Source: Clostridia bacterium (GTDB taxonomy: Bacteria; Bacillota; Clostridia; UMGS1883). Taken from it: DNA of 30,492 nucleotides. A model generated the notes under the pieces. The model did no database searches. It was not told the origin of the DNA and saw only the letters and a program-made list of their open reading frames with translations. The stretch spans positions 1 to 30,492 of the forward strand of contig JBJDXJ010000048.1 in assembly GCA_051866635.1 (NCBI GenBank). Direction: 5' to 3'. Shown one piece after another: positions 1-8,168 of this stretch. Each line of letters starts with the position of its first letter. Within the stretch, counting starts at the first letter, position 1. A program made the translations under genes and the position numbers.

Positions 1-624
1 ATTATTTTTTTAGGCTTACTCCTGTTTTTATCGGCAGGGACTTTTAACTATCCCAATGCTTGGTTATTTATTTTCATTTTGTTTGTACCTATGCTTGTTG
101 TAGGTATTGTACTGATGATAAAAAACCCCGAGCTTCTTAAAAAGCGGCTTAATACAAAAGAGAGGCAAAGCGAGCAAAGACTTGTAATAAAAATCAGCGT
201 GTTGATGTTTGCTCTGAGCTTTGTGTTGGCAGGGCTTGATTATCGCTTCGGTTGGTTTCCCATCCCCAAAGCTGTACCCTATATAGCATCATGTGTGTTT
301 TTGTTGGCGTATTTTCTTTATACCGAGGTTTTAAGAGAGAATACATACCTTTCAAGAACGGTAGAAGTACAGGAAAACCAAAAGGTTATTGATACAGGGC
401 TTTATGGAATTGTACGCCACCCAATGTATTTTGCCACGGTGCTCCTTTTCCTTTCAATGCCATTAATTCTTGGGTCCCTTATTTCTTTTGTTGTTTTTCT
501 CTTTTATCCCCTTTTGATTACAAAGCGAATTAGAAATGAAGAACAAGTCCTTGAAGCAGAACTTGAGGGCTATGCAGAATACAAAAAGAAAGTAAGATAC
601 AGATTGATACCATTTATTTGGTAA
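1..624 (+). CDS. Isoprenylcysteine carboxyl methyltransferase (ICMT/PEMT) family membrane protein, 5'-truncated by the window edge
   Basis: Frame 1 is open from base 1 (IIFLGLLLFLSAGTFNYPNAWLF...), so the gene begins upstream of the window. Hydrophobic helices plus the family motifs TGLYGIVRHPMY and EE-x2-L...Y-x2-Y-x3-V-x-YRLIPFIW. Confidence 0.88.
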   Translation: MIFLGLLLFLSAGTFNYPNAWLFIFILFVPMLVVGIVLMIKNPELLKKRLNTKERQSEQRLVIKISVLMFALSFVLAGLDYRFGWFPIPKAVPYIASCVFLLAYFLYTEVLRENTYLSRTVEVQENQKVIDTGLYGIVRHPMYFATVLLFLSMPLILGSLISFVVFLFYPLLITKRIRNEEQVLEAELEGYAEYKKKVRYRLIPFIW

Positions 625-849
625 TTTGAAATTGGAATTTTAAAAAAGAACCACAGATTTCATCTGATGAACAGGGCAATGTCCCAACTACTGACGTAGA
701 ACATAATTGTAGAGCCTATTTAGCATCTCCTTAGAATTTGTTTTGTCAATTCCATTTTAACGGATTTTTGCTAAATATGCTCTACTTTTTTCGATTCTAT
801 TTAGTTGACACCACAACATTTATTATAGAACCAAACTTATTTTTTATAG

Positions 850-881
850 AAAAAAGACGTCCGAAAATCGGACGTCTTTTT
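850..881. terminator. Bidirectional intrinsic terminator
   Basis: Perfect inverted repeat AAAAAGACGTCCGA-aaa-TCGGACGTCTTTTT with A/T tracts on both sides, ~20 bp past the stop of the 899-aa gene, between convergent genes. Confidence 0.9.
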
Positions 882-901
882 AATTTATGGTTTAAGATTA
901 A

Positions 902-3601
902 TTACTTAAGCTTCCATACACCAACAGGTACGCAGTTTACGCTACCACCTAAGATAGCTTCAAGTGCGTTTACGCCTGTAACAAGTGATACACCTGCAAC
1001 TGTGTATTCAGCACCATCTGCAACGTTCAAGCCGTTAGCAAAAGTAACAACGCCATCAACTACATCAGCTTCTACTGCACCTACGCTGTAAGGAGCACCG
1101 TTTCTAAGGTAAGAAACAACAACTACTACCTTTGTTAAACCTGTAGCTTCAGTAGCTTCAAAAGTACCGGAAACTCTTACACCAAGAGCTGTAGATGTTA
1201 CTTCAACATCTTCATCTTCTGCAACGAAGGGAAGATCTTCTTCGTCACCGGGTTCTTCGGAAGGTTCTGTAGGTTCTACTTCAGAAGGAGCTGTGGGTTC
1301 TTCGGAAGGAACCGTGGGTTCTTCGGAAGGAACTGTAGGTTCTTCGGAAGGAGCTGTGGGTTCTTCGGAAGGAGCTGTGGGTTCTTCGGAAGGAACTGTA
1401 GGTTCTTCGGAAGGAGCTGTGGGTTCTTCGGAAGGAGCTGTAGGTTCTTCGGAAGGAGCTGTGGGCTCTTCGGAAGGAGCTGTGGGTTCTTCGGAAGGAG
1501 CTGTAGGTTCTTCGGAAGGAGCTGTAGGTTCTTCAGAAGGAGCTGTGGGCTCTTCGGAAGGAGCTGTGGGTTCTTCAGAAGGATCTGTAGGTTCGTCTAC
1601 AGCTTCAACCTTAACGTTCTGAACTACTAATGTACCGCCAACTTCGCCGTTATCAAGAACGAGAAGTGTATCAAGAGCTTCAACATCTGTGTTTCTGAAG
1701 CCTGCGTTTTCAACTGTACCAAGAACTGTACCTTCAGCGTCTGCGATAGATACTGTCCATGTCTTAGCTTCTACATCAACAGTAGCGGATACTGTGTAAG
1801 TACCGGGAACTGTTACGTCAGCGAGCTTCTGGTTAGCAGCGTCTGTGGACTGTCTGTAGAATACTTCGCCACCCTTGAATGCAAGGTATGCAGAGGACTG
1901 TGCGAACCAGTTATCTGAAAGGTCAGCACCTTCAGAGAAAGCTACAAGACCGTCACCGGGGTTGATAAGAACTACATCATAAGAAACTTTAGCCTTACCT
2001 GTGATAGCTTCATCAAGTACATTCTTAGCATCTTCGATCTGCTTACGTGTAGCAACGATACCTTCGTAAACTACTTCAAGCTCAACTGCAACTGTAAGGT
2101 TTTCAGCATCAACTTCAATCTGTCTTGCTTCTGCCTTATAGATTGCCTTTGTGTTGTAATAGTTGTATTCAGCAACATCAACTTTTGCACCTGCAACGCC
2201 TTCTACCGTAGCTGTACCAACTTCTTCACCGTTAACTGTGTAGCTGATTGTAACTGTTTCAACCTTAGCACACTTAACTTCTACAACATCATCTGTACCA
2301 ACTACGCCGGAAGCTACGGGAGCTTCATACTTAACACCATCAACTGTAAGTGTCTTAGCTGCTACAGATACTGTAGCACCTGTTTCTCCACTCATCTTAA
2401 CTTCTTCAAGAACTGTACCGTCAGCTGCTACATACTTAAATACAACATCGCCAACGGAAGCAGGAGTTGTGTCTACAACCTTAACTGTGGAAGCATCAAC
2501 GATAAGGATATCAGAACCATACTTATTGTCGCAAAGTACAAGGGAGTCAACAGGAATACCATTTGTATTTCTGAAAGAAAGACCTGTAGCAGAAGCCTTT
2601 ACCTCACCTGCTTCAGAGAATGTTACATCCCATGTATTGTTAATCAAGTCAGCATTTACAACAACATCAATTGTTGTGTTTGCACTGGATGCCTGACCGA
2701 TTGTCTTCATGCCTTCAGCGGGACGAACGTTAAGGTCTGTACCGTTAAACTGCATCATCATTGTAGAACCGGAGAAGTAGTTGTTTGCTGTCATTGCAGC
2801 AGCGTTGTTAAGACCGATAAGAGTATCAGCGTTACCAACATTTGTCTGAACAGCGAAAGATACAGTATATGTTCTGCCTGCTACAAGAGCTGTAGGAAGC
2901 TCGTATATACCATCTGTGCCGTTTGCATCAGCATTGCCTACACCAGGCTGATGGATGGAGTTCTTCCAAAGAATTACTTCTTTCTTTCCTATTCTGCTTT
3001 CAAGAGTAACAGCATCACCTTTTGATGCCAAGAGAGGCTTTTCGGGATCAAGCAGAAGTTCTGTTGATTCACCCTTAAGCTCAATATAGAAATCATCCAT
3101 TGTGTAACCTTCATTGAGGACATAACCAACAGTGAAGAGTACAAATGTGCCATCTTCAGTCACTTCAGCAGCCTTATCAGGAGCCTTCTGTGCCATTGTA
3201 AGTGCAAGAGCGGTATAACCTGTTTCAAGGTCTGTGGAAGAACTTGATGTTGTTTCAAACTTACCTGTAGCAGGTCTACCATCTTTAAAAGGATTAATAA
3301 ATTCTCCAAGATGGTAAGCGTTCATAACATCATCAACATTAGTAATAGCTGTTCCATAATATGTATCAGCTAAAGAAGCCACTTCTGTAGGCCATGTCCA
3401 ACCAACCTGACCGCCGTTAAATGCATTAGTACTAACATCTTCCAAGCCAAATGTTACAAGGAACATTTCGCCTGCAGCAGGAGCGGTAGCATCTGTGTAC
3501 GCTACAACTTTAGCTGTGGGTGTTTCTTCTGCGGATACGGGCAATGCAATAAGGGTGCAAGCCAACGCAAACGCAAGTACTAAAGAAAGAATTCTTTTCA
3601 T
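902..3601 (-). CDS. Secreted modular surface protein: signal peptide, cohesin-like domain, two related beta-sandwich domains separated by two MucBP-like repeats, (EEPTAPS)n linker, unknown C-terminal domain
   Basis: RBS GAGGT before ATG; signal peptide MKRILSLVLAFALACTLIALPVSA. N-terminal GEMFLVTFGL..FNGGQVGWTWPTEVASL..GTFVLFTVGYVL follows a cohesin-like pattern. Internal duplication (N[YW]F..S, TW.V, FRNT, D.L...DN) and a Pro/Thr/Glu/Ser linker are visible directly. The ORF is certain; domain names are inferred. Confidence 0.75.
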   Translation of the reverse strand: MKRILSLVLAFALACTLIALPVSAEETPTAKVVAYTDATAPAAGEMFLVTFGLEDVSTNAFNGGQVGWTWPTEVASLADTYYGTAITNVDDVMNAYHLGEFINPFKDGRPATGKFETTSSSSTDLETGYTALALTMAQKAPDKAAEVTEDGTFVLFTVGYVLNEGYTMDDFYIELKGESTELLLDPEKPLLASKGDAVTLESRIGKKEVILWKNSIHQPGVGNADANGTDGIYELPTALVAGRTYTVSFAVQTNVGNADTLIGLNNAAAMTANNYFSGSTMMMQFNGTDLNVRPAEGMKTIGQASSANTTIDVVVNADLINNTWDVTFSEAGEVKASATGLSFRNTNGIPVDSLVLCDNKYGSDILIVDASTVKVVDTTPASVGDVVFKYVAADGTVLEEVKMSGETGATVSVAAKTLTVDGVKYEAPVASGVVGTDDVVEVKCAKVETVTISYTVNGEEVGTATVEGVAGAKVDVAEYNYYNTKAIYKAEARQIEVDAENLTVAVELEVVYEGIVATRKQIEDAKNVLDEAITGKAKVSYDVVLINPGDGLVAFSEGADLSDNWFAQSSAYLAFKGGEVFYRQSTDAANQKLADVTVPGTYTVSATVDVEAKTWTVSIADAEGTVLGTVENAGFRNTDVEALDTLLVLDNGEVGGTLVVQNVKVEAVDEPTDPSEEPTAPSEEPTAPSEEPTAPSEEPTAPSEEPTAPSEEPTAPSEEPTAPSEEPTAPSEEPTVPSEEPTAPSEEPTAPSEEPTVPSEEPTVPSEEPTAPSEVEPTEPSEEPGDEEDLPFVAEDEDVEVTSTALGVRVSGTFEATEATGLTKVVVVVSYLRNGAPYSVGAVEADVVDGVVTFANGLNVADGAEYTVAGVSLVTGVNALEAILGGSVNCVPVGVWKLK
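1251..1594 (-). repeat. Coding tandem repeat, 21-bp unit, about 16 copies, encoding EEPT(A/V)PS
   Basis: Plus-strand unit GGTTCTTCGGAAGGAGCTGT(G/A) repeated head-to-tail without spacers; 14 regular units at 1296-1589 plus degenerate flanking copies. Confidence 0.97.
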
Positions 3602-3642
3602 ACTTAATTACCTCACTTTTAAATTTTGAATTTTGAATACAA

Positions 3643-4464
3643 TTAGTCTACGTAACCTTTTGTATCGAAGTTAACAAGTGCAGCCTGAATTTCAATAACT
3701 GTCACCTTACCGTCGCCATTGATATCCAAAGCAAAGTCTTCTACTGTTGACGCATCTTTGTCAAAGAAATTCTTTGCTGCCGCAATATCTGTAACTGTTA
3801 CTTGTTTATCACCATTGTAATCACCGGGAATAAGAGTAATAGTGCCAAGGTCAACTTCTGTCTGATCGATAACCTTGTTTTCGTAAGTCTTGTAAAGGTA
3901 ACCCGCTTTACCAAGAACTACGTCGTATGTACCCTGACCAACTTCGATTACATAAGCACCGTCAGAAGCTACTTTACCGTTTACAGAATTGCCGGCTGCA
4001 TCTGTAGCAACTGCTGTTGCACCTGCATAAGCTACTTCTGTTGCACCATCAACAAGCTTGATAGTACCGACAATCTTCTTAGTGTCGAAACTGAAGCTTG
4101 TGCTGCCGGGTGCATCTACGCCTGTACCGCCTACGTATACATCATACGCACCTGTGCGGTCAGCTTCAAGGAGCTTGAATGTGTAAGTAACTGCTGTATC
4201 GCTAACTGCTTCCTGGTCGATATACTTGATATCGGAATCCTCAAGAGTTGCGAGAGCTGTACCCTGCTTCACAACAAGCACCGTGGACTGCTGAGCTGCT
4301 TCGGGGCTACCGTATTCAACAGTAACAGAAATAGTTCTGCCCTCATCAGCTGCAACGCCTGCACTAACACTGCTGATAGTAGCAGCATTAGCCACTGTCA
4401 TCATAGCAAAGAACACTGTAAGTGTCATTGCCATAACGAGAAGAATTTTGCCTAATTTCTTCAT
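3643..4464 (-). CDS. Secreted protein with Ig-like N-terminal domain, X module and C-terminal dockerin (type II-like)
   Basis: RBS GAAAGGAG; signal peptide ending ANA. Two Ca-binding loops GDYNGDKQVTVTDI and DINGDGKVTVIEI, each followed by a helix ending in NF. They are preceded by GTYDVVLGKAGYL, which resembles the X module that precedes type II dockerins. Confidence 0.85.
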   Translation of the reverse strand: MKKLGKILLVMAMTLTVFFAMMTVANAATISSVSAGVAADEGRTISVTVEYGSPEAAQQSTVLVVKQGTALATLEDSDIKYIDQEAVSDTAVTYTFKLLEADRTGAYDVYVGGTGVDAPGSTSFSFDTKKIVGTIKLVDGATEVAYAGATAVATDAAGNSVNGKVASDGAYVIEVGQGTYDVVLGKAGYLYKTYENKVIDQTEVDLGTITLIPGDYNGDKQVTVTDIAAAKNFFDKDASTVEDFALDINGDGKVTVIEIQAALVNFDTKGYVD

Positions 4465-4575
4465 TTTTTCGTCTCCTTTCAGGAAAATAAATTTTTTGTG
4501 CTTGCCGAAATTATTCTAGTACAGCTACAAAAACAACCTTCCTAAACTACACTTCGGCATTATTCACATACATAC

Positions 4576-4603
4576 AGTATAACACAATAATTAAGTTTTT
4601 CAA
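4576..4603 (-). promoter_or_regulatory. Putative sigma-A promoter of the dockerin/cohesin operon
   Basis: Minus strand TTGAAA-16 bp-TATACT with an extended -10 TG and an AT-rich upstream region. Confidence 0.6.
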
Positions 4604-4729
4604 GATGTTTTTAATAAAAAAATATGTTTTTTTTGTTAAAATTTGATTGAATTGTACAAAACGACAACTCCTGTGTACAAAAACGCAAAATCACTTTATT
4701 CTCCATCAAAAGATTAGTAAAACAATGCT

Positions 4730-6280
4730 TTATTTTGCCACTTCTCCCACCTTAATTCCGTCAACTGCGGCACTCATTATTCCTCCTGCATAGCCTGCAC
4801 CTTCACCTATGGGGTACAAGCCTGATACACAGGAAGAAAATAATTCATTTCTTAAAATTCTTACAGGACAGCTGCTTCTCGTTTCAGCACCCGTTAGTAT
4901 GGCATGGGGATTGTCAAAGCCTTTTATTTTTCTGCCAAAGCCCAAAATTGCCTCCTTTAAGCCTGTTGAAACAAATTCGGGAAAAAGGCGGTTTAAATCC
5001 GAATAAGTAACCCCAATTTCATAGGTAGGTAAAACTTTCTTGAAAGAGGTGCTTTTCCTATTATTCAAGAAATCCCCCACCATTTGGCAGGGTGCCTTAT
5101 AGTCCCCTCCTGCCTGATAAAAAGCACTTTTTTCCACCTTACGCTGAAAATACATGCCTGAAAGCACATCACTACTTTGAAAATCCTCAGGATAAAGAGA
5201 AACTAAAATTGCACTGTTTGAGTTCACACCGTCACGGGCAAAATTGCTCATCCCGTTTGTCACAACGCCCTCTTCCTCGCTGGCAGAAGGTACTACAAAG
5301 CCTCCCGGACACATACAGAAGGTGTAAACTCCTCTTCCGTTTGAAGCTTTTATGTTACATTTATAATCTGCCGCACCCATCAGTGGAGCAAAATCACCGT
5401 ACTGTGCATAATCGATATCTTCACGCAGATGCTCAATCCTGGCACCTACGGAAAATGGCTTCCTCTCCATAGGAATATTAAGTTTTTTAAGCATTTCAAA
5501 TGTATCTCTTGCACTGTGTCCAATTGCAAGAATAAGAGTTTTTGTTTCAAAATCACCTTTGGTTGTTTTAATGCCTGCAACTGCATTATTGTTAATTAAA
5601 ATATCATCCATACGGCAGTTAAATATAAATTCGCCGCCCATGGATATGATTTTTTTCCTTATATTACTGACCATTGTACGAAGCTCATCTGTTCCCACAT
5701 GGGGTTTGGCCTTATACAAAATCTCACGGGGTGCACCGGCCTCCACCATTTCTTCCAATACTTTCCGCTGCCTTTTGTCCTTTGTTCCGGTATTTAATTT
5801 ACCGTCGGAAAAGGTGCCTGCACCGCCCTCCCCGAACTGCACATTGCTTTCAGTGTTAAGTCTCCCCGTTTTCCAGAAGTTGTTTACCGTATTAACACGA
5901 TTTTCTACACATTCTCCCCGTTCAATCACTATGGGATTTGCCCCACGGTAAGCCAGTATTAATGCACAAAAAAGCCCCGAAGGTCCACTACCCACAACTA
6001 TGGGGCGATGTTTTTCACGCCAAGGGGTGGGATATTCGTACTCATAATGTTCACATTTTAAAACATTACGCCGTCCGTAATACTTTTTTTCGTCTTTTAT
6101 CGAAACATCAAAAACCCCCACATAAAAAACATCCTTTTTATCACGGGCATCTATTGACAGCTTAACCTCAGTAAATGACTCCACATCACTGCTTTTTGCC
6201 CCGATTAAGGAGGAAATCGCCTCAACTACATCGCCATTTTTATATCCGGGCTTTAATTTTACATTATTTACTCTTATCAT
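4730..6280 (-). CDS. NAD(P)/FAD-dependent oxidoreductase (uncharacterised COG2509-type)
   Basis: IVVGSGPSGLF Rossmann motif, QFGEGGAGTFSDGKL, YTFCMCPGG, GEGAGYAGGIMSAAVDG. Start moved from 6394 to the ATG at 6280 (MIRVNN), which has an AGGGAG RBS and reduces the overlap with the upstream gene to 17 bp. Confidence 0.9.
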   Translation of the reverse strand: MIRVNNVKLKPGYKNGDVVEAISSLIGAKSSDVESFTEVKLSIDARDKKDVFYVGVFDVSIKDEKKYYGRRNVLKCEHYEYEYPTPWREKHRPIVVGSGPSGLFCALILAYRGANPIVIERGECVENRVNTVNNFWKTGRLNTESNVQFGEGGAGTFSDGKLNTGTKDKRQRKVLEEMVEAGAPREILYKAKPHVGTDELRTMVSNIRKKIISMGGEFIFNCRMDDILINNNAVAGIKTTKGDFETKTLILAIGHSARDTFEMLKKLNIPMERKPFSVGARIEHLREDIDYAQYGDFAPLMGAADYKCNIKASNGRGVYTFCMCPGGFVVPSASEEEGVVTNGMSNFARDGVNSNSAILVSLYPEDFQSSDVLSGMYFQRKVEKSAFYQAGGDYKAPCQMVGDFLNNRKSTSFKKVLPTYEIGVTYSDLNRLFPEFVSTGLKEAILGFGRKIKGFDNPHAILTGAETRSSCPVRILRNELFSSCVSGLYPIGEGAGYAGGIMSAAVDGIKVGEVAK

Positions 6281-7490
6281 AGAACTCCCTCTGCTTTGCG
6301 GCACTTTTTCCGGCAATAGAGCCTGTTGCCCAAGCCCAGTGAAGATTATATCCGCCGCATATTCCGTCACAGTCAAGGATTTCACCTGCTGCATATAGGT
6401 TTTTAACTAATTTTGACTCCATTGTTTCGCAGTTAAAATCAGATAGTCTTACCCCTCCGGCACAAACCTGGGCATTATTAAAGCCTGTATCGCCTAAAAC
6501 CTTAAGTTCCAGCCTCTTTAAAAATTCCGCACATTTACGGACATTTTCTTCTGTAAAGTTTTCAGCCTTTACACTTGTTTTCGGAATTTTTCCGTACTTC
6601 AAAAGTGGTATTGCAACCTTCTTATTAACAAGACCTGCAAAAAGCTCACCGCCTTCACGCTTTGGGAGAAGATGCATCCTGTCGTATATTTCCTGTATGA
6701 CTTCCTTTTCCGTTAAGTCGGGAAGCATATCCACCACAAGGCTCATCCCCTTCTGTGCAAAACGGGAAATCTGCATAACAGGGATACCCGACATACCGTA
6801 TTCGGTAAACAAAACTTCGCCTCGGTCACTTGCAACCATCTTGCCACTATCCAGAAGTGTAACACGGGCAAAAACCTTTACACCCTTTAGTGGTTTTGTA
6901 ATATCGTTTTCTGTTTTTAGACTTACCAGTGCCGGGTGTATATCTGTAACAGTGTGGTTAAACTTAGTCAAAAGTTTGTAGCCTGAACCGTCACTTCCCG
7001 TATTAGGTGAGGCTTTTCCGCCTGTTGCCACGATAACCTTACGGCACAAAATATTCCCAACCATAAAACCGTCTTTCGTTTTATTTATATCCGATACAAA
7101 GGTATCTGTAATAAAATCAACATTATTTTCCAAAAGATAAAGTCTTAACCCGTCTGCCACAGTGCTTGCCTGATTTGAAACGGGGTAAACACGCCCATTT
7201 TCCACACGGTGCATAATACCTAACTTTTTAAAGAATTCCAAAGCATCTTCACTTTTGAATTTTTCAAGGACAGATGTGACAAAACCTCTGTCCCCGTAAA
7301 AATAATCACTCTTTATGTCCGTATTGGTATAATTACACCGTCCGTTACCTGTTGCATGGATTTTTTTTGCAACACGGTCATTGCGTTCAACAACCGCTAT
7401 TGTTATATTTTTATTTTCCCATCTTGCAGAAACGGCGGCGGCAAGACCTGCCGCACCGCCGCCTACAATTACAATATCGTATTTTTTCAT
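6264..7490 (-). CDS. HI0933/BaiN-family flavoprotein (aminoacetone oxidase family FAD-binding enzyme)
   Basis: VGGGAAGLAAA, KIHATGNGRCNYTN, ATGGKASPNTGSDGSGY, GEILDCDGICGGYNLHWAWATG. Confidence 0.92.
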   Translation of the reverse strand: MKKYDIVIVGGGAAGLAAAVSARWENKNITIAVVERNDRVAKKIHATGNGRCNYTNTDIKSDYFYGDRGFVTSVLEKFKSEDALEFFKKLGIMHRVENGRVYPVSNQASTVADGLRLYLLENNVDFITDTFVSDINKTKDGFMVGNILCRKVIVATGGKASPNTGSDGSGYKLLTKFNHTVTDIHPALVSLKTENDITKPLKGVKVFARVTLLDSGKMVASDRGEVLFTEYGMSGIPVMQISRFAQKGMSLVVDMLPDLTEKEVIQEIYDRMHLLPKREGGELFAGLVNKKVAIPLLKYGKIPKTSVKAENFTEENVRKCAEFLKRLELKVLGDTGFNNAQVCAGGVRLSDFNCETMESKLVKNLYAAGEILDCDGICGGYNLHWAWATGSIAGKSAAKQREFYDKSK

Positions 7491-7493
7491 AAA

Positions 7494-8153
7494 TTATTTT
7501 TTCTTATAAAACATTGTGGATTCTTCGCCGTTACGAAGTCTTACAATGTTTGTTTTGTGCTTATAAATTGTAAGTATAGCAATAGCTATTGTAACAGTTA
7601 AAAGACGTGCTTCGCCGGGGTAAAGAAGTGCTGTAAATATAACAACGTTAATAACGGCAACTATTGATGACAGTGACACATATCTGAAAAGCACCATTAG
7701 AATGACAAATACCAAAAGTGCAAGGCATGTTGCCAAGGGGCTTATAACAAAGAGTGCACCTGCCGCTGTTGCAATACCCTTACCGCCCTTAAATCCGTAA
7801 TAAAGGGGGAAGCAATGACCAACTACTGCAAAGAAAGCATATATGTACGCCATGGACCTGCATGTGGAAACATAAATCCAAGGGTTTGAAGATGCTGTAA
7901 GAATAAGGATAAGGGGAACAAGGCATCCCTTTAAAATATCAAAAAGCAAAACCATAACAGCCGCACCCTTACCCATGGTACGAAGAGTGTTTGTAGTGCC
8001 TGCATTTCCGCTACCCATTTCTCTTATATCCTTGCCTTTGCCCTTGGAAAGGATAATAGAAAGGTTCACCGAACCTAAAAGATAACCCAAAACTGCCGCT
8101 AATAAAAAATAAATTGCGTTAATACTTGTTAAATCTGTAATTACTGATTGCAT
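7494..8153 (-). CDS. plsY: Glycerol-3-phosphate 1-O-acyltransferase
   Basis: YLLGS, DIREMGSGNAGTTNTLR, D-x2-KG, GHCFPLYYGFKGGKGIAT, HKTNIVRL; canonical position downstream of der. Confidence 0.96.
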   Translation of the reverse strand: MQSVITDLTSINAIYFLLAAVLGYLLGSVNLSIILSKGKGKDIREMGSGNAGTTNTLRTMGKGAAVMVLLFDILKGCLVPLILILTASSNPWIYVSTCRSMAYIYAFFAVVGHCFPLYYGFKGGKGIATAAGALFVISPLATCLALLVFVILMVLFRYVSLSSIVAVINVVIFTALLYPGEARLLTVTIAIAILTIYKHKTNIVRLRNGEESTMFYKKK

Positions 8154-8168
8154 AATTTTTTCTCCTTT

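Noticed and set aside
625-850. Possible small RNA or small gene in the 225-bp gap after the methyltransferase
   Set aside because: Contains TTGACA hexamers and an AAGGAG on the minus strand, but no well-spaced promoter, credible ORF or clear structure.
738-1091. 117-aa plus-strand ORF
   Set aside because: Runs through the terminator and antisense into the 899-aa gene; no RBS or recognisable motif.
1251-1594. Possible CRISPR array
   Set aside because: Units are contiguous with no unique spacers, are a multiple of 3 and lie in frame in a protein linker; no cas genes are present.
1293-1622. Plus-strand ORF (GSSEGAV)n
   Set aside because: Antisense shadow of the EEPTAPS repeat.
902-4464. Canonical cellulosome gene cluster
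   Set aside because: Only one cohesin-like domain, no CBM3 recognised, and no glycoside hydrolase or dockerin-bearing enzyme in the window.
6281-6394. N-terminal extension of the FAD oxidoreductase in the ORF track
   Set aside because: Overlaps the HI0933 gene by 131 bp; the ATG at 6280 has a proper RBS.
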